DNA of 64,000 nucleotides from Cycas panzhihuaensis (taxonomy: Eukaryota > Plantae > Cycadophyta). Within the stretch, counting starts at the first letter, position 1, and every line of letters begins with the position of its first letter. Positions 50,785-62,320 of this stretch are shown here, piece after piece. The DNA is taken from contig CM041465.1 of assembly GCA_023213395.1 (NCBI GenBank), forward strand, positions 195,493,741 to 195,557,740, given 5' to 3'. The notes under the pieces were generated by a model. The model was not told the origin of the DNA. It saw only the letters and a program-made list of their open reading frames with translations, and did no database searches. Made by a program: the position numbers and the translations under genes.

Positions 50785-53090
50785 TGTGAAAAGCTTTTGG
50801 GGCTTTTAGAGTACTATTGATGATATGTTAAAAAAAACTTATAAAAGTTCACATTCAATTACCTCTTTCTAGAAAAAGGGAACAAAGATTGAATAGAATA
50901 ATAAATGTAAAAAAGGATTTCAATAACTAAAGAAAATTATCACTTCTACACCCATCATCACCTTACCAAATCCAAATGCAAATTATGTGGTATGTACTGA
51001 TACATGCACAAAAAACGTAGGTAGAGTACTCATGCAGAATGAGAATGTAACCTTTTATGAAATACAGAAATTTAAGGAACATGAAATGAATTAACTAATA
51101 CATGATTTGGAGTTAATTGTAGTTATATATGCCTTAATGATGTGGAGGAATTACTTGTTAGAAAATAAAGTTGATTTAAGGATTGATCACAATAACCTAA
51201 AATACCTTTTTACATAGCCATAACTAAATGCTAAGCAAAGAAGATGGATGGAGTTCCTAAGTGTGTATGATTTTGACATCATGCATATTAGAGGGAAAGA
51301 AAATAAGGTTGATAACACACTTAGTTAAAGAAGGCATAATGATTTGACTTATGGCATTAGACTAGATTTTATGTTGACATATGTTGCTTTGACTTGTGTT
51401 AATGTTGATCAACCTAACTTCATATTGACTTATGTCAATGTTGTATAATCCAATCATGGGTTGACTTATATCAACATGGTTTGACCAAATGTAACACATG
51501 CAACCTTTATTAGTATTTCTTGACTCTATTTAAACATGGCCTTAAAGCAATGATTGCTTAGCGATGAGTAGTGTGAATGGTTGAAGAAATTACTTAATAA
51601 ACAAGTCAACATAAAAAGGTGGATAATAAACTACTACCTTAAGTATGCTAATTATCAATTATTAGAAGATGGACTTCTTTTATTTTGAACACAAATTTAC
51701 ATTCTAAATAATTTTATAATAAGGGGCACATCAATCATAGGAGAAGCTCATGATGTACCATATGCAACACACGCAGGGTATCAAAGGACCTATATGGTTA
51801 TGAAGAATAATTATTTTTGGTCAAGAATGAAAAGAGATGTAGTTGACTATATTATTCGATATTTATAGTGCCAAAAGGTAAAAGTAAAACATCAACATCC
51901 TGCTAGACTACTTCAACCAATGAAAATTCTAAAATGGAAGTGAGAAATTATTTCCATAAATTTTATTTAGGATTGCCAAAGAATATAAAGAAGAATTATT
52001 CCATTATGTTGGTGGTCAATAAGCTAACAAAATACACTAAATTCGTTCATGTGAACTCAACAAATAAAGTAGGCAACATAGCAACTATTTTTATTAAAAG
52101 AATGGTGTAACTCCAGAAAATTCCAAATGCAGTTATTTTTAATAGGGACAAGAAGTTCACATACAAGTTTAGACATAAATTATTTAAAGAATTATGAACT
52201 AAACTAAAATTCAATACATCATATCACCTTGAAATTGATGGGCAAATGGAATGAGTTAATTAGATGCCTGAAAACATTATGTATGTATGTGGTGCAAAAA
52301 ATAAATAGATGGGAAGACTACTAACACCTAATAAAGTTTTCACATAATAATAGCTATCATGTATCCATCGGTATGAGTCCATTCAAAGCTTTGTATAGAT
52401 AAAAATGCAATACTTCATTAAGTTGATAAAATTTGAAAAACAAATATGCCATTAGCCTAGAATGGCTATAAGGCATAAAAGGGTAAATCACTAATAGAAA
52501 ATGACACATGAAGGTAACACAAGATCGACAAAAGAGCTATGTCAACATGAAGAGAACTGTGAAGGATATTAAAGTTGGTAATCACATGTTTCATCACATG
52601 CAACCCAAACAAAACTCTTAGAAGTTGGAAAAGTGCAAGAAACTAACTGTGAGATACTACAAATCGTTTGAGATTTTGGAGAAATATAACCAGTTATATA
52701 TAGTCTTACATTACCATCTAGTATAATTAAAATTAATATATTATATGTTTTATTATTAAAAAAATATGTACATGACCCTAACCGTCTCATTCATTGATCT
52801 ATTATCCAAGTACAACTAAGGGCACTATTTCAAGTGCAACCCATTTAATATTGAATCAAAAGATAAAAAATTTGTAAAAATCAAGCTATCAACCAAGTTA
52901 AGGTTTAATAGGACTGCTTATGACCCAATGAAGCCACATGAAAACTCGCAAAAATAATGCAATAATGGTATTCATATTTATTTACATGACATGGTTACAT
53001 CACAGACAATGTTTTTTTGAGATGGAGATGAGCGTAATATGCGCCTGGTACACACTATGCATTTCATTGTATATTTTGATAACTTCATAT
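50785..53090 (+). pseudogene. Element A RT end, RNase H, integrase and chromodomain remnant
   Basis: VVCTDT...VGRVLMQ; HDLELIVVIYAL..W; DHNNLKYLF; RRWMEFL..YDF; EAHDVPYATH.GY; YHLEIDGQ; VKV....PNEAT (decayed EATW). Confidence 0.88.
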
Positions 53091-53108
53091 CTTGTGAATG
53101 GGATCTTG

Positions 53109-54619
53109 TGTAATCCCCCCTTTGGTTGTAAAACAAGAGCTTAGTGAAATGCCCTATTAGGTATAGGGGTATAACTTGGTATATTTTATACTTTGTATTG
53201 TGAGAATATATAACATTAGTGGTGAGACGCACGTGTACGGGTAAATGGTTTGAGGGTTAAATACCCACATGCTTTGTAAATAATGTAAATGCCTACTAAT
53301 AAAATATGGCCATGTTTCTTAAAGAGAATAATGGAGGGAATATAATTTTAGTGAAGGAGAAAGTTCCTAAGTGAAATGTTTTAGGTGTTGACCTTTAGCG
53401 TCTCATTCCATTTTGTGAGCCCATGTAACCTTTAAAATGAGTTGTTGAAGGGTTGGTGGAGTATTAAATGAGGTCATACTTACATGTGATATTTACCCTC
53501 TCTCAAATGTCATTAGAAAGTGAGATTATTCTTCATTACCTATTTAATCCTCTTAACCTAATTCACTCGTGGACCAAAAGATAACTAATATGAGAGGCCA
53601 TTGACTTTTGAGTATAAAAAGAGATGGCTAACAAACGATTCTAATCTTACAGATATTTAATCTTTTGATATTCAAATTTCATGCATGTTCATCTTTGACA
53701 TTCAAATTGGAGGTGTTGAGAACTCTCTCATGTTGTAGGATATCCATGCCTAGGTTTGGGTTTGTATGCTTATAAGATGCATGATTGCTTGATTGCTTGC
53801 CTTTAAGCATATGACTATATTATAGAAAGGAGTTACGTTGTGATAAAGATATGAGACTTTTCTTAGTAATGGTATAATAGTGTTTGATTGTGTTGTGTGT
53901 GTGTGTTGAATATGACAGGATGTTGAAGGGACTCATGGAATTGCACTAAAAATGCATTGCTCTCGATTAAACCCTAATACACTATCACCGCAGGATGCCT
54001 TGGTTAAAGCCTAATACGTTATCATAGAAGGATGCCTAAGCTTATGATAAGTTGTATGATGCTATAATAAATACCTACTGAGTTATAGTGTGGTAGGATT
54101 TATGAGTCTCTTGTACGATGTATAATGGGTTGTATGCTTATGTGATATAATCTAGAAGGGTTTAGAGCCATTAAAGAGTACTCGTGTTCATTTCAAATCC
54201 TTCATCATAAGGGCAAATACTTGAAGAAAGTTTCTAGTTGGCTAAGTGGTGAATCCTTCTAAGCAATATGGTTTTTATCGATAAACAACAAGTTTTATTT
54301 TTATGTGGATCGTTTCATGTTGTTATGTGATGTAATTTAAATGATAAATAATCGTTATTTTTCTAACTATTTTGTGTATGAGTGATACTGTATATGTTAT
54401 TAGCTACATATAACTTCATATGGAGTGCAAATGTCATAAGATATCTCCTCCACGTTGTTAGCACGATGTCTTGCTCACTAGCCATGTGGTTTCGCTATGT
54501 GGTTTTATGAGCTTAGACAATTTGGAATTTGCAAACTCATGGAGAGGGGTCATTATACTTGGTATCATAGCATATTATTTTGCTCTTATTTTAGGGGTAA
54601 TGAGATGCAGGACATTACA
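53109..54619 (+). repeat. Element A 3' LTR
   Basis: tgtaatcccc ... ggacattaca, with inverted termini TGTAAT/ATTACA. Confidence 0.88.
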
Positions 54620-54999
54620 AATCTATAGGCAAATGTTGTATCGAATCACTCAAGCAAATCACATAGGTCCTAAACCTTAGTCTTGCCCAAGTTTTCATTA
54701 AATATTTGATTTAGCATTTACCTTTGAAATAAAAACATATCCTATTTTTCAAAAGCATATTTCCATTTTAATAATCAAGCCTCGTAACCTTTGTTTGATT
54801 GCTTATTGTTTTTCTTGGCACCACCATGTTCTCTCTCCTACTTTCAAAAAATTTTAATCCCTTTTTGCATTCCCAATTTTACTCTAGTAACAAGGGGTTA
54901 AATACTATAATAGTTTGTGTAAGAGACACCCGCATTGTAGTAAAAAATACAAAACAAAAACAATCAACTCCCAAGATTAGTTGGCCCAAACATGTGGGA

Positions 55000-57900
55000 A
55001 AACTAAGAAAGTTGAAGAGGTTAAAGAGCTAGAATTTAAAGAAATGAATAAATCCGTAACTAAAATACAATCAACTCTAGCCGGTCTTGTAAAACCCTGG
55101 TCACCCAAGATAGCAATTGTGGCAACAACCCACCAATAGAGTCATCGCCAAGTGGAAATTCAAGTGGGTATGGACACATCTAGTGGGGATAAATTATCTT
55201 TAAAAAGAACCTTGATGTCCCCATTTTCTCCCATGATGACACAATTGAACCTCAATAGTTCATATCCAAATTATCATTTTCCTTTTTAAGTCCACAAATA
55301 TCATCGATGATGTGACTAAAATCCAATTCACCCAATTCCACATGTTAAGGGCTACTTTTGAATGGGTAGACCTTTGGTAAGCACTATAAATTACCATATA
55401 CAAGCCCCTTATTTGGGCCAAGTTTATGGTTGCCTTCTTCTAGCAATACAACAACATTAGTATTGAGTCACACTTTATACTATTAACCCAATTAAAACAA
55501 AGGAAGCTATTAGTCATGGACTTTTTTGACAAGTTTTAAGGATTAGCCCTCTAGGTTGCATAGACCCAATGCATCAAATAAAAAGAGATATTAGACATCT
55601 AACTCACAAACTTATGTTAAAAAATATAACTAAAAGTTTGCGATAAGAACCTAATCAATCTTATTAATGCTAAACCTAAGGTAATTTTTGTTGAACAATA
55701 TGGCTGGGCTCCAAGTAAAAGGTACACTCATTTTTTTGTTGTTTCAGCATCTAGTGGCAAACATCACAATCTTCCCTGTCACTAGGAAATCACCCACATC
55801 ACTAGAGGTACAATATTGAATCAAAGTCAGTATTTGTATAAATTCTGATGAAAAATACACTAGGGACCATAAAGCAATTTGCAAGAATACTTGCAAACAA
55901 TTATATTCAATTGAACAAGAGTAAAACCCAGCACTGGAATAATTAGCAGGCTTAGAAGACCATCAAGACAAGGCAGATAACATTTTGCACGATGATGTTC
56001 TAGACCCAATAGACCCTTCAGAATTTTTGATTTCCTTCATAGCAAGTATCCAACATCTCAACACACTTAAAATCAAAGTATGTATCCACAAAGCACTAGT
56101 TATTTCCCTCATCGACCTAGGTAGCACTTAGAACTTTATCAATACCAAAATAGCCAAGTAAATTGAGTTATTTGTTAATCCTATCTCTACCTTTGAAGTA
56201 CATATTTTAGGCAACTCCACCTTGCCCTGTGAAGGAGAAATACATAATGTCAAAGGACTTCACACTTACCTCAAACTTCTTTTGGCCTTATCCATAAAGG
56301 GTGTAGATGTGGTATTAGATATTTCATGGCTTCAACTGTTGGACACCTGTGGGATGAACCAAGATCAACAATGTATATAGTTCTTATGGTAAACAGATGA
56401 TATCAAGTTATGGGACAATGGCTTCAATTGTTGGACACCTGTGGGATGAACCAAGATCAACAATGTATATAGTTCTTATGGTAAACAAATGATATCAAGT
56501 TATGGGGCAATGGCTTGAATTGTTGGACACCTGTGGGATGAACCAAGATCAACAATGTATATAGTTCTTATGGTAAACAGATGATATCTTATGGTAAACA
56601 GATGATATCAAGTTATAGGGCAATGGCTTGAACTGTTGGACACCTGTGGGATGAACCAAGATCAACAATGTGTATAGTTCTTATGGTAAACAAGTGATAT
56701 CAAGTTATGGGACTCCACCCTCGCCCCCCTCCCCCCTTTGATTCAAATAGTGTTCTCAGACAAAATGGAAGCTTTTATTAAAATGGGTCATTCAAGGCTT
56801 GTCCCCTATTTATATTCTATTGATGTCAGCCTGGCACCAAACCATATGGCACACAACCACCTTGGCGAAGCACAACAAAAGAAAATTCAATAGATCCTAT
56901 CAACATACAACTTAGTATTCCAAGAGATTCCCAAAGCTTTGCCTCCGCATTGTAACACATAGCATGCCATTGAACTAAAGCCCAACTTTGGCCTAGTCAT
57001 TGTCAAGCCATATTGCTATAGTCACCAACATAAGAACAAAATCAGACGAATGGTATAGAAGTTGCTAGACATAGAAGCCAACACCTTATATGTAGCCTTA
57101 ATCATATTCCATGGAAAAAGGATGGTTCCTTCAAGATGTGTGCCAACTACAGGGCTCTCAACAAAGTCAACGTTAAGACCCAATATCCTATCGTGCAGAT
57201 AGATGGTTTCTTGAATAAGCTACATAATGCCACATTTTTTCCCAAACTTGACTTGTGATCTAGATACTATCAAATCTATATTCATCTGGAGAACATACCT
57301 AAAACTACATTCAAAACATGTTATGGACACTATAAATTTAGGGTTATGCACTTTAGACTCTCAAATGCTCCTACTACCTTCAAAGCAATGGTGAACAAAG
57401 TACTTAGACCCTTCCTTTGTAAGTTCATCCTAGTTTTTTGCTTGACATTTTAGTTTATAGTTACTCTCGGCCTAAGTATTTGGAACATTGTTGCATCATC
57501 TTCTCAACCTTATGAGACATCCAACTTTATGCCAAAAAATCAAAATGGTCTTTTAGACAAACAAAGACTAAATACTTGGAGCATATTATCTCTAGGAAAG
57601 GGGTTAAGGTTGACCCTCATAAAATCAAAGCGATTCTACATTGGCTTGCCCTAAAAAACATTCCCAAGCTCTACATATTTCTATATCTCATTGAGTGTTG
57701 TAGGAGAATCATTAGAGCTTATTTGCATCTAACGACACCATTAACAGACCTTCTTAAGAAAGATTCTTTTACATTGGGATCCCATGTTGACAATGTTTCT
57801 AATTGCTTAAACAAGTAATGGCATCCACCCTAGTTTTAGCCATCCTTAATTTCTCTAAGGCTTTGTTCTAGAATGTGATGCTTTTAGAACAAGACTATGT

Positions 57901-59678
57901 GCAATCATCATGTAGGAAGAGCATTTGATTACATTCAAAAGTAGGAAGTTGAACCCCCCAGAATGCTTAAAGTCTACTTATGGTAAGAAAATGCTTGCCA
58001 TCATCTATGCACTCTACAAATGGCAACAATACCTTCTTGGAAGCAAGTTCCTAATTTGTACCAATCACAATAGCCTTCAATACTTCTTGGAACATAAGAT
58101 AATGTCCCTAAAACAATAGAAATATGTCAACAAGTTATAAGCTTTAACCTTCGGTGTTTCCTATAAAAAAGAAAAGAAAAGAAAGCATTGTTGTTGATGC
58201 CTTGTCTTGTAGGAATGAAGAAGTCGACCTCATCACTACCATAATTGTAATTCCAAAATGGATTAAGGAGGTCCAAGCAAATCATGCCATGGACATTGAG
58301 GCCATGAATATCATACAAAACCTACATAGGAAATCTCAACAAGTAGAGGGCAGATGGACATTACAACATGATGTTCTCTATTACAAATACAAGGGTATAC
58401 ATCATTCCTAATTCTCAATTTAAAGCTAAGATTCTTTGAAATGTCATGCATCGCCCGTTGTAGGATGTATAGGACATGTGAAGATTATTACAATTTCAAA
58501 CAATCCTTTTATTAGCAGAGCATCAAGGTAGACATTCATAAATTCATCATAAAATGTGATAGTTGTCAAAGACATAAACTGGAGAACTTCGCTTCTTATG
58601 GCCTATTATAGCCATTACCCATTCCTAAATAAAAATCATTTCCATGGACTGCAATACTAGCCTACCCAAATCCCAAGGGAAAGATGTTATCTTAATGGTG
58701 GCCAATCAACTCACTAAATATACTCACTTCTTACCAATATGGTCTACCTTCAAAGTTGGCAAGATGCATGAACTATTTATGAAAGAAATCTACAAAGTAT
58801 ATGGCTTTCTATAGCGAATTATCAATGATTGGGACTTAAAATTCACTATCAATATTTGGAAGGAGCTCTTTAAGTCAGTCAGGACAAGCTTTAGTTTTAG
58901 TTCAGCATACCATTTGCAAATGGATTACCACATTGAAATAGTCAATAAATGCTTGGACGCTTATTTGCAAACCTTTTCTACTAACAAGAAGATACCCTAG
59001 GCTCAATGGGTACATTTGGCAAAGTATCAATATAACACAACATGCTATATCACAACCAGCATGACTCCCTTATCATCTCACTATGGGTACCCTACTCCAA
59101 CACTTGAGGACTCCCTCTTGGGGGATACACAAGCCCAAGTTGTCAAGGACTATACTCAAGAAATACATAATATTCTAGTGAGCCTCAATGAGAATTCAAA
59201 CCTAACTAAGAATAGAATGAAACCACAAGTTGACTTATATAGAATGGAATACTAATTTATTGAGGGAGACTAAGTTTATATTAAGCTCCAACCATACAAA
59301 TAGGCATCCCTTAAGGGTAAAGGGAAGCAAAAATTAGAACCCAAATGCCACGGTCCTTATCAAATCAAAAAATAAAGTTGAAGCATAGCCTATCCCTTGG
59401 ACCTACCATCCACAACAAAGATTTATAATGTTTTTCATATTTCTTGCTTTAGAAGGAAACTTAGTCAACATGTAATAGTACAAACACAACTAGCAGTGTT
59501 TGAAGATAGAGGCAAACCAATCCTAGAACCCAAAGTCATCCTGCAAGTTAGCACCAAAGATTTAAGATCCAAGCAAATCTACAAGTACTTGATCAAGTGG
59601 AAAAGACTACTAGATAAAGATGCGACTTGGAAATTTGAATCTTTTACAACAAAATATTCTAATCTACCAACACTTTGA
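55000..59678 (+). pseudogene. Element B gag-pol pseudogene with C-terminal chromodomain
   Basis: Protease LIDLGST*NFI (~56110); RT DGSFKMCANYRALNK; RH KMLAIIYALYKWQQYLLG; integrase; ORF 59397-59678 EPKVIL...KYLIKWKRLLDKDATW. Confidence 0.9.
56327..56712. repeat. Tandem repeat, ~4.2 x 92 bp, with an internal 21-bp duplication in unit 3
   Basis: Unit tggcttcaactgttggacacctgtgggatgaaccaagatcaac... starts at 56327, 56419, 56511 and 56624. Confidence 0.95.
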
Positions 59679-59706
59679 AGGCAAAGTGTTTCAAGAAGGG
59701 CAGGTT

Positions 59707-59901
59707 TGTTATGACTCTTACCCCAACCTTTTGTCTTGCTAGGCTAGGCAATAGTTAGGAATAAAACATGTAATGGTTATGTATCCACATGTGGCACACT
59801 CATAACAAATTTAGGGTTAGGGTATGTTGTAGAAATAATCACTTTGAAATTAGGGTTTTGATATATATAGGGTTTTGAAATTAGGGTTTTGAGGGGTATC
59901 A
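59707..59901 (+). repeat. Truncated element B 3' LTR followed by a short TTAGGGTT-rich segment
   Basis: First ~115 bp match 38947 onward. Then tagggtt recurs about four times before the segment ends gaggggtatca. Confidence 0.65.
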
Positions 59902-61525
59902 TTTTTCTCCAACTTGAAATAAGCTTGTTAGGGATAAGCTTAATCAAGCTCTAATTAATGTTAAGACTAAGTGTACTAAGCGCAAGTGCTTCCTAATACA
60001 CTTTCAACAAAATTGGCCTTGTGAATTCCTAGGTTGATTTATAAAATTCACATGGGAGCCGTCAAGGCATGAGGCTTTGTAATTAGCCATTTCCTAAATG
60101 GGTTCTGATAATTCCTCTATCACGATCTAAGCAAAATAATTGTTTCTGCATGTTTGGGAAAGTTTACCTGAAATTATGTTAAGACACTTAATAATTGCTT
60201 CCTCAGTTACTTCAGAGTTATGTTGGGCTTTGAATACTCGACTAGAATGCCTAACAAATTCCTTAGAAATTTCTTCAAGAGATGTAGACCTACCCTTATG
60301 GGTGAATAAGGCTTTAGTATTTTCATTGGCCTATTTTATTTTTAGGGACTAAAACAAAAACTTCAAGTATCTATCATCTTCCTTCATCCAATGAATCCTA
60401 GTCTAGACCCTAGCCCCTTTAGCATTCCCTATCTCAAAGATTTTGAGCTCATACCCTACATGGGTAGCTTCCCTTTCAAGGCATTCATTAAATAGATCAT
60501 TTTTAAGTTTAGATCTTAAATTAACCAACCTCTATGAATTTATTTTATCGACCCTTCTCCTATGAAAGCAATTTGTTTATCATAGCCTCTTAAAAACAAG
60601 GTAATTCAAGTAATGGCTTCCCCCCACGATACAATCCAACCTTTGTGTTCTAAGGGCTAAGTAGCTAAATGCCAAATCTGTTTAATAATCCCTTTATAGA
60701 TATGTGAGAACAAATGACAGGTATTCAACTTGAAAGCCAACCTCTAATTAATGGCTTTTTCATTGCCCCAGGCCAAAGTGAAAGAGATTGGATGCTAGTC
60801 TAACAAAATGGAACCATTTAACACCCTAACTAGTCTCTTCTCATGGTAAGAAAGATGGAAGTGACTATCATTAGACAACATAACTCATATCTAGTCGTTT
60901 AAAAACCCTGTCAGGATTGAAGCACAAATTAGACTATGTAAACTAATAATCATGACCTTTAAAGCTTTTCGAGGCAATGGAATCATACAAACCCAATTTA
61001 TTATGGAGAGTCAACCAAGTTATTTTCTCATCTTCATTCCAGTGAAAAGGTTACTTGCCTGCTTTATGATATAGGGCCTCAATCGTGTTGAAATCACCAT
61101 AGATGACCTAAGAAGCTTCAGGGAAATTAGAGCTCAACTAATTCCATAGTCGACTTTTATTCTATGACAAATTGGGAGCATATATATTGGCAATACCTAA
61201 GACAAAATTTTGCATCTAAATCAAAATCCAAACACATGTTCTCAAGATCTATTCTTGAGAACATAATATTATTCTTAAAGGAAGGTTTGATTAGTATGAG
61301 TACCCCCCCCCCCCCCGCCCCAAAAGCATCCATACGCTTAGTGGGAATATACTTAGCATCAAACCGTATATAAGCAGTTATGAAGTTTAAACTGTTAAAT
61401 GCACATTTAACTTCTTGCAAACACAACACGTCTAGAGATGATATCTTATGGTGAAATTTCTTGATCAACATATGTCTTAACTAATTAGATAAACCTCCAA
61501 CATTTCAATTAGCAACATTCATCAT
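59902..61525 (-). pseudogene. L1-type LINE ORF2: APE endonuclease, linker and RT start
   Basis: MNVAN*NVGGL; LDVLCLQEVK...GGVLILIK (ORF 61157-61471); GDFN (~61090); KRLD; decayed SDH; KASCLDG (KSPGPDG-like); LIKLIP...SWR. Confidence 0.85.
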
Positions 61526-61529
61526 TATT

Positions 61530-62320
61530 AGATTCTTCAATATCCATAATATTGCCTTCATCCTCTAGTCAGTAGCTAAAACTAAGAATCTATTAACATC
61601 AATTGAGATGGTTGTTGGTTTCAACTTTTTGACTAGTAGATCAAAATAATTTCTAATCAAACCTTCACCCTTATTATCCACAGCCCTCGCCTTGCTCACT
61701 AGAGCTTAGGAAAACCAAACACGGAGAGTGGTAAGGCAATAATCGAAGGGGACTCATAAAGCTTCCACTTGACCTCTTGAGCTTCACCTTTTTCCTTATC
61801 ATTAGCCCTATTCTCCTTAGGAGCAAAGATTTGCTTCCCTTCAAGTTGGGATTGAGGTTTATTGAGTGGTTATTAGGTTTTGTTCTTAGAGGCTTTGTTC
61901 ATCGCCCTTTTGTTGTGAACCTCTATCCAGTCATTCTTGTGCTCTATGGTATGGCTAGCAATGCCTGATTTAGGTAGGACAACTTTCTCTTTGCCTACAT
62001 GCAACAAAGGACAATTTGTAATTCTATGGCCACACGATTGGCAATTGAAACAAGTGTTTGGAACATTCAAATATACACTCTCTGCTTCAGAGCTTTAGAA
62101 CCACACTACATCAGTATGAGTTTTGAAAGATCCCTAAATAGTTCCACTGCAACACAAAACCCGATATTGGACTTCAGATAGAATTTATGATGAGATTACA
62201 GAGAAATAAAATGGCCTACATGTTTCACAAAATCCTTGGCAAAGTTCAATAAATATCCGCCCGAGGGGGGCGGACAGGCATATAATTCTATCTAGATAGG
62301 GCATTTGAAATATGGACATG
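61530..62320 (-). pseudogene. L1-type LINE ORF1 C-terminal part with CCHC zinc knuckle
   Basis: NTCFNCQSCGHRITNCP (ORF 61873-62070) and a CPI*IELY (P.WI.L) motif near 62290-62305, directly upstream of ORF2. Confidence 0.75.

Larger units (their letters stand above)
39849..54619 (+). mobile_element. Chromovirus-type (Tekay/Del-like) Gypsy element A with ~1.5-kb LTRs
   Basis: LTRs 39849-41340 and 53109-54619 (TGTAAT...CATTACA). PBS tggtatcaaagc at 41343-41354. Weak TSD gatca/aatct. Domain order gag-PR-RT-RH-INT-chromodomain remnant. Confidence 0.88.
38947..59900 (+). mobile_element. Chromovirus-type Gypsy element B, split by element A; 3' LTR truncated
   Basis: 5' LTR start ~38947 (ttatggcttttgccccaacct...) aligns with the 3' LTR start 59707 (tgttatgactcttaccccaacct...). 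PPT aagaagggcagg at ~59693-59704. Internal region 54620-59706. Confidence 0.75.

Noticed and set aside
56327-56712. CRISPR-like array
   Set aside because: Units are contiguous 92-bp copies with no unique spacers, derive from Gypsy protease-region sequence, and no cas genes are present.
59811-59892. Interstitial telomere array
   Set aside because: Only a few scattered motifs, not a tandem TTTAGGG array.
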